Source: an uncultured Nitrospiraceae bacterium (GTDB taxonomy: Bacteria; Nitrospirota; Nitrospiria; Nitrospirales; Nitrospiraceae). Taken from it: DNA of 64,000 bases. This document shows, piece after piece, positions 1 to 9,870 of the stretch. Location: positions 320,001 through 384,000 of the forward strand of contig CAVSTP010000002.1 of assembly GCA_963730935.1 (NCBI GenBank), in the 5' to 3' direction. A program made the translations under genes and the position numbers. The notes below the pieces were generated by a model. It ran no database searches. It saw nothing but the letters and a program-made list of their open reading frames with translations, and was not told the DNA's origin. Within the stretch, counting starts at the first letter, position 1; each line of letters opens with the position of its first letter.

Positions 1-136
1 GGACCATCAACCGCTTGGTCAGTCTGCCTTAGGCCGGAAAGCTACAAAATGGTCTAGTTGCCACTTCTCCAATTTTTTACCTACCTCTTTCAGGGAATAG
101 CGTCCGCCTTTCCGACTGTTTAGGATTCTGAACAGG

Positions 137-379
137 ATGACCTGGACACATCGGACGCCAAGCATACCTGGGTGGTACTGGATGCTAGACCCCAGTAAAC
201 AGCCCAATCTGCCCACGATTGTACAAATCGTGTTTGATCGGAAGAACCGTGGTTGGTTGGCGCTTATTCCTGCTTCCCACTACCCCAAGACTTCTGGCAA
301 GGAGGTAGCGCTTGAAAGTGTGGACGCCATGTGGGCTGGACCTATCGAACTACCTCGGGTTTTGGCATACGCTGCTTAG
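137..379 (+). CDS. hypothetical protein (PGWYW motif, phage-like small protein)
   Basis: 80-aa ORF, upstream AGGA; WTxxxPxxPGWYW N-terminus. Confidence 0.55.
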   Translation: MTWTHRTPSIPGWYWMLDPSKQPNLPTIVQIVFDRKNRGWLALIPASHYPKTSGKEVALESVDAMWAGPIELPRVLAYAA

Positions 380-543
380 AAGATGTCGCTGATCACATCC
401 CGTGTCCGACATGCCTCATTTCTCCATGCCCTCCTCGGCTCATCATCTAGGGCCGTTTTTTGGGCAGTGACATTTTGCTCTTCACCTAGGGTAGTGAGTA
501 GGTCACTGATATCTCGCACCCTCCTAGACTCCGGTAACAAACG

Positions 544-789
544 ATGGAGGGTGCTTCCTTGATTACTCTATGTGCATGGTGTGAACAAGAGGGAAGGCCA
601 GCCGTTCTTTACAAGACACGGGATGACTCTTCGGCATCGCGGGAACTCCATTCCCATGGCATTTGCAAGGGACATCGCGATCAATTGCTCAGAGAGATGC
701 AAATGTCGTTGGCCGACGGACCTTCCTCTCTCGCGAGTAATTCCCTGTCGAATGCCCCCTCCGCTTTTATCGCTCCGCTTCCCGCTTGA
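544..789 (+). CDS. small stand-alone Zn-ribbon-like protein (CAWC...SHGIC)
   Basis: LCAWC and SHGICKGH motifs like the C-terminal Cys/His ribbon of PAS/REC signalling proteins. Confidence 0.55.
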   Translation: MEGASLITLCAWCEQEGRPAVLYKTRDDSSASRELHSHGICKGHRDQLLREMQMSLADGPSSLASNSLSNAPSAFIAPLPA

Positions 790-836
790 CGCTGGCCTCT
801 AATCCCGTCAAACTGTCTTTCCACTGCACACACAAC

Positions 837-865
837 TGCCGACGGCCTCTGGAGGGCCCGACCGC
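837..865 (+). repeat. 29-bp dispersed repeat, copy 1 (copy 2 at 7132-7160)
   Basis: tgccgacggcctctggagggcccgaccgc identical at both sites. Confidence 0.9.
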
Positions 866-886
866 CGACTGAAATAGCGGTGGGCC

Positions 887-1297
887 ATGTCTGACGCCAC
901 TACTGTTCTGCTTATCGACGACGATCCCCACTACCGTGTTTATTACGCACAGCGCCTTTATGCATCGTCATCAAAGTACGATGTGGTCGAAGCAGTTACT
1001 GGCCGATCTGGGTTAGACATCTGCGCAAGGCAACCAATTGATTGTGTCGTGCTCGAGATTGACCTGCCGGACATGTCTGGCTTTGAGGTGTTGGCAAAGC
1101 TCGTTCCCCGTGCCTATCATCCCGAGATCGCCGTGATCATCCTGACAAGGCTCCCCAATCCATTCCTCTTAGATGTCGCAATCAAGAACGGCGCACAGGC
1201 CGCATTGCAAAAGATTGTGGGCAGCGGAGACCTTCTCGCACCATCCATCCTCAGGGCCATTTCGAGGGTGCAAATGCTCCATAGACTCGCTAGTTGA
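887..1297 (+). CDS. single-domain response regulator, atypical (phospho-Asp replaced by Glu)
   Basis: VLLIDDD...DCVVLEIDLPDMSG...ILT...K receiver signature. Confidence 0.85.
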   Translation: MSDATTVLLIDDDPHYRVYYAQRLYASSSKYDVVEAVTGRSGLDICARQPIDCVVLEIDLPDMSGFEVLAKLVPRAYHPEIAVIILTRLPNPFLLDVAIKNGAQAALQKIVGSGDLLAPSILRAISRVQMLHRLAS

Positions 1298-1533
1298 CTG
1301 GTGGAGCGACTACGAGGTCATCGTCGTCGACTATGACTAGCCCCACGTTCGGCGGCTCTTACGAACGAAAAAGCTAGGACCATCGCTGGTGCGGCAGTGA
1401 TCATCAATAAGAAAGAGCGACGCGTTCCAATACTTGTCCGTGTGAACGGCTAGGCTACTTCGGGAGATTTCCTGGTTATTTTCCTAGGGGCGCAAGTTAA
1501 GGCAGCCTAGTATTCTGACACTACCTTAGACTA

Positions 1534-1605
1534 CGGCAGTGGAAACATTGCCGAATCCAAGAGGGGGAGCCCGCTCACCGAAAGGGAGGCGGGCTCTTTG
1601 TTTTT
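1534..1605 (+). ncRNA. candidate small structured RNA ending in an intrinsic terminator
   Basis: CGGCAGTG-GAAA-CATTGCCG hairpin, then GAGCCCGC...GAAA...GCGGGCTC plus T-tract, in a non-coding gap. Confidence 0.4.
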
Positions 1606-1621
1606 CTTGCCGGCTCGCATC

Positions 1622-1649
1622 TTGTGCACGCCGCACAGTCAACTATAAT
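1622..1649 (+). promoter_or_regulatory. putative sigma-70 promoter for the NarL-type regulator
   Basis: TTGTGC-16nt-TATAAT about 30 bp upstream of the TTG start at 1682. Confidence 0.45.
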
Positions 1650-1681
1650 GGGAATTATACGTAGCCTGGGAGATACCGCTC

Positions 1682-2329
1682 TTGCACACGAATGAGATCA
1701 AGATACTATTAGCTGATGACCATCCACTTGTTCTTGAGAGTGTCAGCAAGCTGCTCGAACGGGACTTCAGAATCGTAGATACTGTTCAAAACCCCGGCGA
1801 GATCATCGCTCGCGCCCTTCAGCACCAGCCGGACGTTATTCTCTTAGATGTCCGTATGCCTGGATTAAGCGGGTTTACGGCTACCAGAGAAGTAAAGAAG
1901 GTGCTTCCCAAGGTGAAAGTAATTTTGGTGACGATGCTGACCGAAGCTATTGCCATTAGCGAGGCGTTTCGCGCAGGAGCGAGCGGCTATGTCTTAAAGC
2001 AGTCGGCGGGCGAAGAATTGCGTGTAGCGATTGAGACTGTACTCGCCAACAAACGTTTCCTCTCAGAGAAAATTGCGCCAGAAGTGCGCGAGGCATTGGA
2101 ACACGAATGGTTCAGGCCGGAAGGCTATTCCAGTGATTTGACTGACCGGCAGAAAGAAGTCTTGGTGTTGCTGGCGCAAGGACGGTCCGCCCAGGCCATT
2201 GCTGAACAACTCAATATTTCAAAGAAAACGGTGGAGTTTCATAGAGCGAATATTACGAGGAAACTCGGTGTCCATACGACCTCCGAGCTTATCAAGTTCG
2301 CGCTATCACAAGGACTTACCTCACTGTGA
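1682..2329 (+). CDS. NarL/FixJ-family response regulator (REC + LuxR HTH)
   Basis: LLADDH, DVILLDVRMP, LTDRQKEVL...IAEQLNISKKTVEFHRANITRKL. Confidence 0.95.
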   Translation: MHTNEIKILLADDHPLVLESVSKLLERDFRIVDTVQNPGEIIARALQHQPDVILLDVRMPGLSGFTATREVKKVLPKVKVILVTMLTEAIAISEAFRAGASGYVLKQSAGEELRVAIETVLANKRFLSEKIAPEVREALEHEWFRPEGYSSDLTDRQKEVLVLLAQGRSAQAIAEQLNISKKTVEFHRANITRKLGVHTTSELIKFALSQGLTSL

Positions 2330-2528
2330 TGAGCCCTATGAACCGCCTTCCCGTGTGCCACCGTTCCGCAGCCTGTATTAGCATTGACGCCACCATCGCA
2401 TTATCTCCAATTCCCCAGATTATGTACTGCTTGAGGCCCGGTGCTTCAACGCTCCTGCTTTGGGATTGTAAGATTCCACGTAGTTTGAATCCTACATAGG
2501 CCCGCATAAACTGGAAGAGTGAGTAACG

Positions 2529-2924
2529 CTAAGCGAAGTTTTTGAACGATGCTTGTTGGTGTCTGATGGCCTCGTGAATGGACGGACGCAGACTTTCGAA
2601 CAGGTCAGCCTTATTAAGTAACGCTGTCGCTCCAGCAGCAAAGATCAGCTCTTTTTCTGAATCGCGTGTTTCGCCAGCCGTAAGGATAATGACCGCCGTT
2701 CCGGGGTTACGGAGCCTGATCAATTTGGCTGCTTCGATTCCGTTTAACATTGGAAGGTTTATGTCAATGATGACCACAGAAGGCTGCAATTCTGTCGGTT
2801 TCGTTACCGCATCTTCACCATTTTCTGCTTCTCCGACGACAGGGAGATCCGCGTAAGCCTCTAACATCTCCCGGAGGATAAGCCTCATTTGTGGATGATC
2901 ATCGACGAGGAGAACAGGAATCAC
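2529..2924 (-). CDS. single-domain response regulator (NarL-like REC)
   Basis: VLLVDDH...GEAENGEDA...IIDINLPMLNG. Confidence 0.9.
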   Translation of the reverse strand: MIPVLLVDDHPQMRLILREMLEAYADLPVVGEAENGEDAVTKPTELQPSVVIIDINLPMLNGIEAAKLIRLRNPGTAVIILTAGETRDSEKELIFAAGATALLNKADLFESLRPSIHEAIRHQQASFKNFA

Positions 2925-3390
2925 GAGCGATGCCCCAATAAGGTAGAATCCTGACGCGTAGTAAGCGCTCTTTCATACCTCTTCGTAAACGATCCAAAAG
3001 AATTACGATTAAGTACGTAAAAACGTAAAAAGGCGCCCGCTCACGGCTTGCGTCGCATCTCCCACCGTTCCGCCTGCTGGATGAGCTGCGACACCACCTG
3101 GGCCGAGTCCCCAATCCCACGGATTTGCAAGAGTCGCTTCAGTAGAGTTCTTTTTTTGATGTGGAAAATTCTGATTTGGCGACATCTCACTATAACCAAG
3201 CCATGCCCTCCCGCCGCCCCCCACCCATATCAAGCCTCCTCCGTTTCTAAAGACGGAATAGTCCTCTGCCTACAATGCTGTAGGCCAAAGGAGTATTGGC
3301 CTGTAACCCATTGGTATACTTGAAGAAAAATACGTAGCGGTATATGTTTTTACATGTACAGTTCCCTGACCCTTTTTTGAAGGGAGAGCT

Positions 3391-3774
3391 ATGGCACCTA
3401 TACGCGTGCTGCTCGTAGATGATGAATCCATGGTCCGCGGGATTCTAAAGCAAATCCTTAAAACACACCCCGATATGGAGTTGGTTGGCGAAGCAGCGAC
3501 CGGCTATGAAGCTGTGGCTGCCGCGGAGAGACTTCAACCGGACATTGTGATTATGGATATTCGGATGCCTGGATTGGATGGAATTGCCGCGGCTCGGGAG
3601 ATCAGGGATAAGTATCCGCAGATAAAAATTATCGGCTTGTCAGAATATGCGTACGGATACAACACAGATGCGATGGAAAAGGCTGGAGCTGTTGGTGTCT
3701 ATCAAAAATCGATGGCTTTGGAGGAACTCTACCCGGCAATTAAGAAAGTCTCAGCTATTCATTTGACCACATAA
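3391..3774 (+). CDS. single-domain response regulator (NarL-like REC)
   Basis: VLLVDDE...PDIVIMDIRMPGLDG; RBS GGGAG. Confidence 0.9.
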   Translation: MAPIRVLLVDDESMVRGILKQILKTHPDMELVGEAATGYEAVAAAERLQPDIVIMDIRMPGLDGIAAAREIRDKYPQIKIIGLSEYAYGYNTDAMEKAGAVGVYQKSMALEELYPAIKKVSAIHLTT

Positions 3775-4052
3775 GCGACAAACTTCCGCCCCGGTGATTC
3801 ATCCAGCCGCAAAAGCTACCATCGCCACTCTCCACTAACTGACACATGCTTCTCTTGAGTAGCGAATGCTCTTCTTAGCGAAGTGAGGCGAACGTAGGGA
3901 GGGGGTCGCACTCCTTGTCAATCGCTTTTGTCTGGCAGGCTTGTTAGTCCTTCTCCAGGTTTCAGGTGTTTTACCGTGATCTTCACCCAGTGACAACCTG
4001 GAGAAATAAGAGGGGTATGTTACAGCGCCCTTGACCACTTATACTGTGCGTC

Positions 4053-4245
4053 ATGCACCTGGCGAAGACGATCACGCGCTTGCGGCTCGCACGAGGGCTG
4101 ACGCAAACGGCGCTCGCCAAGAAGATCGGCGTCAGTCAGGCGTTCATCGCGCAGTTGAAAACGGGTGCTGAGACAACCCGACGCTCGATACCCTGACGCA
4201 CTTGCGAAGGCGTTGCAGGTCAAGCTGAGCACGTTGGTGGACTAA
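4053..4245 (+). pseudogene. XRE-family HTH regulator with two frameshifts
   Basis: MHLAKTITRLRLARGLTQTALAKKIGVSQAFIAQLKTG, then NPTLDTL and ALAKALQVKLSTLVD in other frames; TATACT 7 nt before the ATG (leaderless-like). Confidence 0.75.
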
Positions 4246-4268
4246 CAACCAGGAGGGCAAAGATCGCG

Positions 4269-5135
4269 ATGCGAGTCATCTCTCTCATATTGCTGCTGCT
4301 CAGTGGCTGTGGCGACGGTGGCATGACAACCCCCCCGCAGCCAGCATCACAACCAGCACCCCAACAACCCGCCCCCCAACCCGTGAGCCAACCGTCCGCT
4401 CCCGCCGTGACGCCCACGGCCAACGCGGGGCCAGATCAAACGGTCAAAGCTGCGGACCGGGTGACGCTCAAGGGGACCATCAGCCCTGCGGATGCCCCGG
4501 TCTGCTGGCAGATCGTGAGTATCCCTGCGCACAGTCAGATGATCCTGCGAGAGGACGAGGACGACCAACTGACGGCCAGGTTCACCGCCGGATTGCCGGG
4601 CGACTACATCATCAAACTCGGGTGTACCGCGCCCACCGATCCGTTCGATACCGTCAAGATCACGGCAGAAGAAACCCTGGTCACCCTCAAGTTTAGCGCG
4701 ACCCTGGGGACCACTGGCAAGGTCGAAGGGACGTTCAGTTATGTCCCGACACAAGGGCCAGTCGAAACCAACATCAGAGGCCTCAAGCCGAATGTCCGCT
4801 ATCAGCTGCGCTCGTGGCAGTTCGTGGTCGAACCCGGCGACGTGACGCTGGTGCCTGCGACGGAGTACAACAGCCACAAGACGACGGACAGCGCAGAATT
4901 CTGTCAGGGCATCTGTGTGTTTGCGTCAGGCAACACCGTGACCCTGATTCACAAGAATGAGACGGAGTACGTGCTGCAGATTTACTTCAACACGGCTGAT
5001 CCCACCCTCGACACGAATCCCCCAGCGTCACGCGCGGAGTGGGGCAGTCCGCTAGAGGCCACGTATCGAATCCCGTGCCCGGTGTGTGTGCCGCTGGTAA
5101 CTTTGGGGAATGTCACGTTACAGCCAAGTGAATAA
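4269..5135 (+). CDS. lipoprotein with Pro/Gln linker and PKD/K319L-like domain
   Basis: LLSGC lipobox, PQPA repeats, PTANAGPDQTV...VTLKG motif; RBS AGGAGG. Confidence 0.8.
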   Translation: MRVISLILLLLSGCGDGGMTTPPQPASQPAPQQPAPQPVSQPSAPAVTPTANAGPDQTVKAADRVTLKGTISPADAPVCWQIVSIPAHSQMILREDEDDQLTARFTAGLPGDYIIKLGCTAPTDPFDTVKITAEETLVTLKFSATLGTTGKVEGTFSYVPTQGPVETNIRGLKPNVRYQLRSWQFVVEPGDVTLVPATEYNSHKTTDSAEFCQGICVFASGNTVTLIHKNETEYVLQIYFNTADPTLDTNPPASRAEWGSPLEATYRIPCPVCVPLVTLGNVTLQPSE

Positions 5136-5342
5136 CCTGAAAGGAGCGAAAAATATCTCGACGCTCCTTCACATGCTAAGTGAAACACGCCTACCCCCCG
5201 CCCCAGCCTTTTTGGTTCGTGCGCAACATGCACTACCGGTAGCCGTACCCACCCCCCGGCATGACTTGGCGCAAGGGTGTACCCCGTGCTCTATCCCGTC
5301 GGTTCATCACGCCCATATCATGACACTGAGCAGATCACAACG

Positions 5343-5401
5343 CCTCGCCCTCAACTAGTCAAAACGATGGTTAGCGCCAACCCTAGTTCCAGGGCTTCGT
5401 C
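5343..5401. repeat. dispersed imperfect repeat (inverted copy at 20811-20867) with core ACCCTAGTTCCAGGG
   Basis: 15-bp core identical in reverse complement; flanks align with few differences. Confidence 0.7.
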
Positions 5402-5901
5402 CAGATCAGATTGGCTATGAAGCCCTCCTAGTGAAACCTCAGAATTCGGAAATACGATACTCATAGGGATAAACCCAGTGTCGAATCCGTGCGCACTGGC
5501 GGTCTCGCCCATAGGCGACCGGAGGCGATTCGACGTAACCTTGAGGTATGCACAACCAACCCACCATGCGGTGCGGAAAGTGCCAAGGGACTCTTCGAGT
5601 TGAGAAAACCATTGAACTGCTCACCGGACTGGTCATCGAGCAGTACGTGTGCTTCAACTGTGGGCGGCGTTCGGAATGCGCGAAGCCGCGACCGATGACC
5701 ACCGCCGCTTAATCGAGACTCCTGGCCAAGGAGGACGACGATGCCATACGAAAACGAAAACGAGCGCGTGGCCGACGTTGACGGGGAAAGTCTGCTGTGC
5801 TGGGAATCCGAGAGCTTCCTCCGACCCGAGACGACAATTGATCTGCACGCCGGTTCCTTCGAGACGCTGCCTTTGTCTCCGCTCGTTGGTAGGTTTGAAG
5901 T

Positions 5902-6267
5902 ATGAATCGTACATTGAGTCTCCCAGTCCAAGAGCTCATTCGCGCATCTGAGCGAGTCCTTGTGTTCGTTACTAACCATAAGGGCTTGCCCAAAGATGAC
6001 TTCGAGGCGATCTTGTCTTGTGCTTATGAACTCATACATGACATCAAATCGAGCCGCCCGTCCTCCTCTCAAAAGGTTCAAGTTTGTCTTCTCTTTTGTC
6101 TTTGCTGTCGGCTCGTTCGTGACGAGCAAGAACCTGTCGATGCGCCCTGGATCACACAACAGACCTATCAACAAAGCACTGGGATCGATCCAACCGATTG
6201 CCTTTTGATTCACACCTACTGTCCTGTGTGCTATCAATACCGGCAATACCTCCCAAAAGCCGCGTGA
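5902..6267 (+). CDS. hypothetical protein with C-terminal Zn-ribbon (CxxCRLVRD...W...HTYCPVC)
   Basis: motif matches the CxxCxxIRD..W..HGxCPxC pattern. Confidence 0.65.
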   Translation: MNRTLSLPVQELIRASERVLVFVTNHKGLPKDDFEAILSCAYELIHDIKSSRPSSSQKVQVCLLFCLCCRLVRDEQEPVDAPWITQQTYQQSTGIDPTDCLLIHTYCPVCYQYRQYLPKAA

Positions 6268-6287
6268 CGTCGGCCGGAACGGAGTTT

Positions 6288-6620
6288 ATGACCACATCAG
6301 AAGCGGTTCGCCTAAGAAAGCGGTGGAAAATTTTGAAGTATCCAATTAAATGCCAACATAGGGTGAATCTGTTAGAACGAAGTGATAAGGGGCACCTCAC
6401 CGGTAATTATGTATGCTCGACTTGCGGCGAAGTGCTGATCCCAAGGATCTACCCGACTGAAGACCGCGAAGCGAAGCAGCGTGTGAGCAAGGCGCTGGTC
6501 CAGCACCCACTAGTGCTCTTGGACCAGCAACTCAAGCGCCTGGTCAAGGAGGTCACCATGCTGCACAAAGACAGGTCCGACGGTTACCGCTCTTGTGCTG
6601 CTGGGAACCGTCGAAACTAG
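6288..6620 (+). CDS. hypothetical protein, CxH...CxxC Zn-finger
   Basis: RBS GGAG before ATG 6288; KCQH...YVCSTCG. Confidence 0.55.
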   Translation: MTTSEAVRLRKRWKILKYPIKCQHRVNLLERSDKGHLTGNYVCSTCGEVLIPRIYPTEDREAKQRVSKALVQHPLVLLDQQLKRLVKEVTMLHKDRSDGYRSCAAGNRRN

Positions 6621-6688
6621 TTGTTTTTGTTAAGGCGTCATCAAGCTCGAGTACGAGGACCTTCTACATACTGCCCTTTGGTCTTGAA

Positions 6689-6922
6689 ATGTCAGGCCCG
6701 CAAAGTACCGCCGCGCGTCTCGCTGATCTGTTCCGTGTCCGTGGCAGCATTCCACAGCATCCCGCAACATCGCGCCGAGCACTGTCCAAACCAAAATGTC
6801 GGTGCGTGTGGCAACGTGTAACACGCCGCCGATGGTTGGCCCATCTGGTGAGCTGGTTGGGATGGTATCCATGGCAGTGCAAGCGATGCCGGGCTCGCTC
6901 CTATTTCCGTTCCCGATTCTAA
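6689..6922 (+). CDS. small basic Cys-rich hypothetical protein
   Basis: C..RVTRRRW...YPWQCKRCRAR pattern; start uncertain. Confidence 0.4.
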   Translation: MSGPQSTAARLADLFRVRGSIPQHPATSRRALSKPKCRCVWQRVTRRRWLAHLVSWLGWYPWQCKRCRARSYFRSRF

Positions 6923-7131
6923 AGCGGGGCAACGACACAATCCCCGTGCTTAATTTGATAGATCCAGTCCCAGTCATCGAAGGGCTGTGGCTGCTGAACC
7001 AAGGACATCGGTTGCCGAATAACCATGTGACCCCATAACAACTGCTTTGGTTATCTGCCTGGTCTCGGTAACCTCAAAGTTCTCCGTCGATGTGCTTCTT
7101 AGGCGCATAGGCTTGATCGCTCTCACCTAGA

Positions 7132-7160
7132 TGCCGACGGCCTCTGGAGGGCCCGACCGC
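7132..7160 (+). repeat. 29-bp dispersed repeat, copy 2
   Basis: identical to 837-865. Confidence 0.9.
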
Positions 7161-7239
7161 TGCCGCACCAGCGATCGTCATGTCTTTTTCGTCTTCGCGG
7201 GGATCGCCCGCGGTCAACCCCAATGATCGCGGTAAACGG

Positions 7240-8376
7240 CTATGCGGCGACTGGTAGCGTGAATGAAAATTTACTGCCACGGCCCGGCTCACTCTCTACC
7301 CAGATATTGCCACCATGTAGTTCCACGAGACTCTTACTCACCGCCAAGCCCAGGCCGGCGCCTTCTTGCACGGGAGAGGGAGCACGATGGAATTTGAGAA
7401 ATACTTTCTCTTCATGACCGGCCGGGATGCCGCAGCCGGTATCTGCGACCGTGATGGTGACTTTGTCAGTGCCGGTCAGATGCGATTGCACTACGACCTC
7501 GCCGCGCGGAGGAGTGAACTTTAGCGCATTATGGAAGAGGTTGTGCAATACTTGTACAACTTTACCGCGATCAGCTCTCACAGGCGTGTCCATCACCGCC
7601 GAGGCACAAATAGCGATCCCTTTCTTTCGCGCGAGGCATTCAAAATCCCTCACCACGTCAGTAATGACCTCGGACACCGATACGGTATCGAGTTCTAAAC
7701 GCATGTGCCCGGCCTCTATGCGGGAGATGTCCAACATCATATTGACTAACCGGATCACACGGTCCGTATTGGAGCCGATGCGAGTAAGATAGTAGAAGAC
7801 CTTCTCTGGCAGCTCACCCGCGACGCCTTCGAATAAGTTGTCGATGAGCGCCTTGATGGCAGTCAGGGGAGAGCGTAGCTCGTGCGTGGCGACCGTCGTT
7901 GATAGGGATTTGTCTAGCGCTTCTTTCTTGGCCTGTTCCAGGCGTAGCACGGTCTCGTGTAGATGATCCTCCAATTGCTTGCGGTCGGTCATGTCTCGTG
8001 TGATTTTTGCATATCCCTTTATTTCTCCCTTTTTATTGTACAGCGCCGTAATGACGACAGAGGCCCAGAAGCGCGAGCCATTTTTTCTGACGCGCCAGCC
8101 TTCATCGGTGACTCGACCAGCGACTGCCGCTTGGGATAGCAACATGCCAGGCTTCCCCGTTTCGATGTCGGATGGCACATAAAAGCGAGAGAAGGACTGT
8201 CCTACGATTTCCTCGGCTCGATAGCCCTTCATCATCTCAGCGCCGAGATTCCACGTTTTCACAATTCCTTCGGGGTTCATCACGAAAATGGCATAGTCCT
8301 TAATGCTTTCGAAGAGTAAGCGAAACGTCTCTTCACTCTGACTTTCAATAGAGGGCCTGTTTTGTTCGTCTGCCAT
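7240..8376 (-). CDS. PAS-domain sensor histidine kinase
   Basis: PAS ([11 protein letters not shown]...[11 protein letters not shown]), H-box THELRSPL, N-box [10 protein letters not shown]-boxes DTGCGI/GAGLGL. Confidence 0.95.
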   Translation of the reverse strand: MADEQNRPSIESQSEETFRLLFESIKDYAIFVMNPEGIVKTWNLGAEMMKGYRAEEIVGQSFSRFYVPSDIETGKPGMLLSQAAVAGRVTDEGWRVRKNGSRFWASVVITALYNKKGEIKGYAKITRDMTDRKQLEDHLHETVLRLEQAKKEALDKSLSTTVATHELRSPLTAIKALIDNLFEGVAGELPEKVFYYLTRIGSNTDRVIRLVNMMLDISRIEAGHMRLELDTVSVSEVITDVVRDFECLARKKGIAICASAVMDTPVRADRGKVVQVLHNLFHNALKFTPPRGEVVVQSHLTGTDKVTITVADTGCGIPAGHEEKVFLKFHRAPSPVQEGAGLGLAVSKSLVELHGGNIWVESEPGRGSKFSFTLPVAA

Positions 8377-8403
8377 GGTAAACAGCCTCGTGGATCCGAT
8401 CCA

Positions 8404-8802
8404 CTACAAGGCAGGTGGCTGATATGCCGGACCGAAACACCCTCGCACTGCCTCTTTAAATTGAGCAGTTCCAAACGGCTTTGCGATATACCCGCACGCT
8501 AGATTGGATTCCTTCGCGGCCTGAAGACGGGACGAGGATGCAGACATTACAAGCACAGGCAAATGAGGGAGGGCTTGTCGTGTGTCGGCAAGGAGTTGAA
8601 TGCCGGTCACACGGGGTAAGTTCAAATCCAGCAGTACACCGTCGAATGAACCCTCTGTCTGCAACATTTCGGTACCGATCTGGCCATCCTTCGCGCATGA
8701 GACCGCGTATCCGTATAGTTCCAAACGATCACGGACCGCCATCGATTGATCGGGATCATCTTCGATCACCAACAGGCGCTTCACTGTACCTTGGAGTGCC
8801 AT
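8404..8802 (-). CDS. single-domain response regulator
   Basis: LLVIEDD...DGVLLDLNLP...YIAKPF. Confidence 0.9.
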   Translation of the reverse strand: MALQGTVKRLLVIEDDPDQSMAVRDRLELYGYAVSCAKDGQIGTEMLQTEGSFDGVLLDLNLPRVTGIQLLADTRQALPHLPVLVMSASSSRLQAAKESNLACGYIAKPFGTAQFKEAVRGCFGPAYQPPAL

Positions 8803-9870
8803 ACCGCACCTCTATAGGGTTACGGACGTCTAGTGCTTGGCTGATGAAGTGAACATAGTTAATTGGGTAGGTGTATCGCATTCGAACCACTCCGTATTCA
8901 TTCCGATCCAGAAAGCCAGCAGGCATTGATGCGTTCTAATCTCGCCACACGTACCCTAATAAAAAGGAGCGCTCCTGATACGCTTGCGACATGACGTAAT
9001 ACATGCTTTCTCCTTTCTTCACATTTATGTGTGCTAGCTTCTCTATTCTGTGCAAAGTGCATTCCGAAGCGACCAGGCAAAGAAAAACAATAGCAGCATT
9101 CTCAGGTCGTGCGCGGTGTAATTCGAGGCAGGAGAGAAGCGGCTATTCAAATCTCATTAACCACCGTCGCTAGGGAGGCAGATACATCATTGCTGCGGAA
9201 AACTCGAAAAGAGCAAAACAGTATTGTCAATAACTTGGATATGACGTGATTAAGCGGCGTTCGAGTCATATCCTTCGGTCAGGCGTTTCGCCTCTTCCGA
9301 GGGCACTGCATTTCTAGGCAAATCATGCGGCCCTGGCACTAAACAATTCTTTAAAGATTAGCCCGCCTTCAAAACCGCGGATATCGGCTTCTTCCTCGCT
9401 GTTATAGACGGTGGGGTCTGAGAACGGTTGCATGTTCAACAACATTGCTTCCATTGCCTGAAGCAGCGAGCGGCTCAGGGTTGGATTGTTGTATGACATA
9501 GTCTTTGTACTGAACCTGTCTTCCCACAAAGCAAAAGAATCCCTCCTTGAGAAGTGCCAAAAGAATGGGCCCCAGCCTTCAGAATCCGGCTTCCTGTCAG
9601 CTGCTGGTGAGCCGCCTGGGTTCGTACGCGCGCGAACTTAGTGGAGCCGGATGATATGCAATCAGCCGGCTGAAGAGGAAAGGATCACACTTTCGAAACT
9701 GGGATCGCTATCTTCATGTGTGTTCATATTCTAAGAATTCTAAGACGAGGCCAAATGCCAAAATGGCGTAACATTGGTAGCAGGCGGGTAGCACAATGTG
9801 TAACTTGTCGGTGGCTGACAAGAGTAGAGCTGGTCACTACCCGGCACTCATAAAATGTATTGGCCAAATC

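Noticed and set aside
838..851. Fluoride riboswitch 3' motif (GCCGACGGCCTCTG)
   Set aside because: The required upstream GGxGATGRRG pseudoknot partner is absent in both copies
1657..3338. ATACGTAGC upstream of two NarL-like genes (1657, 3330)
   Set aside because: Only two exact 9-mers at different distances from the starts; could be chance
5150..5285. C-run-rich segment resembling a phage packaging-end region
   Set aside because: Impression only; no terminase or HNH genes adjacent
5461..6246. 261-aa minus-strand ORF
   Set aside because: No motifs; overlaps the better-supported plus-strand Zn-ribbon ORF
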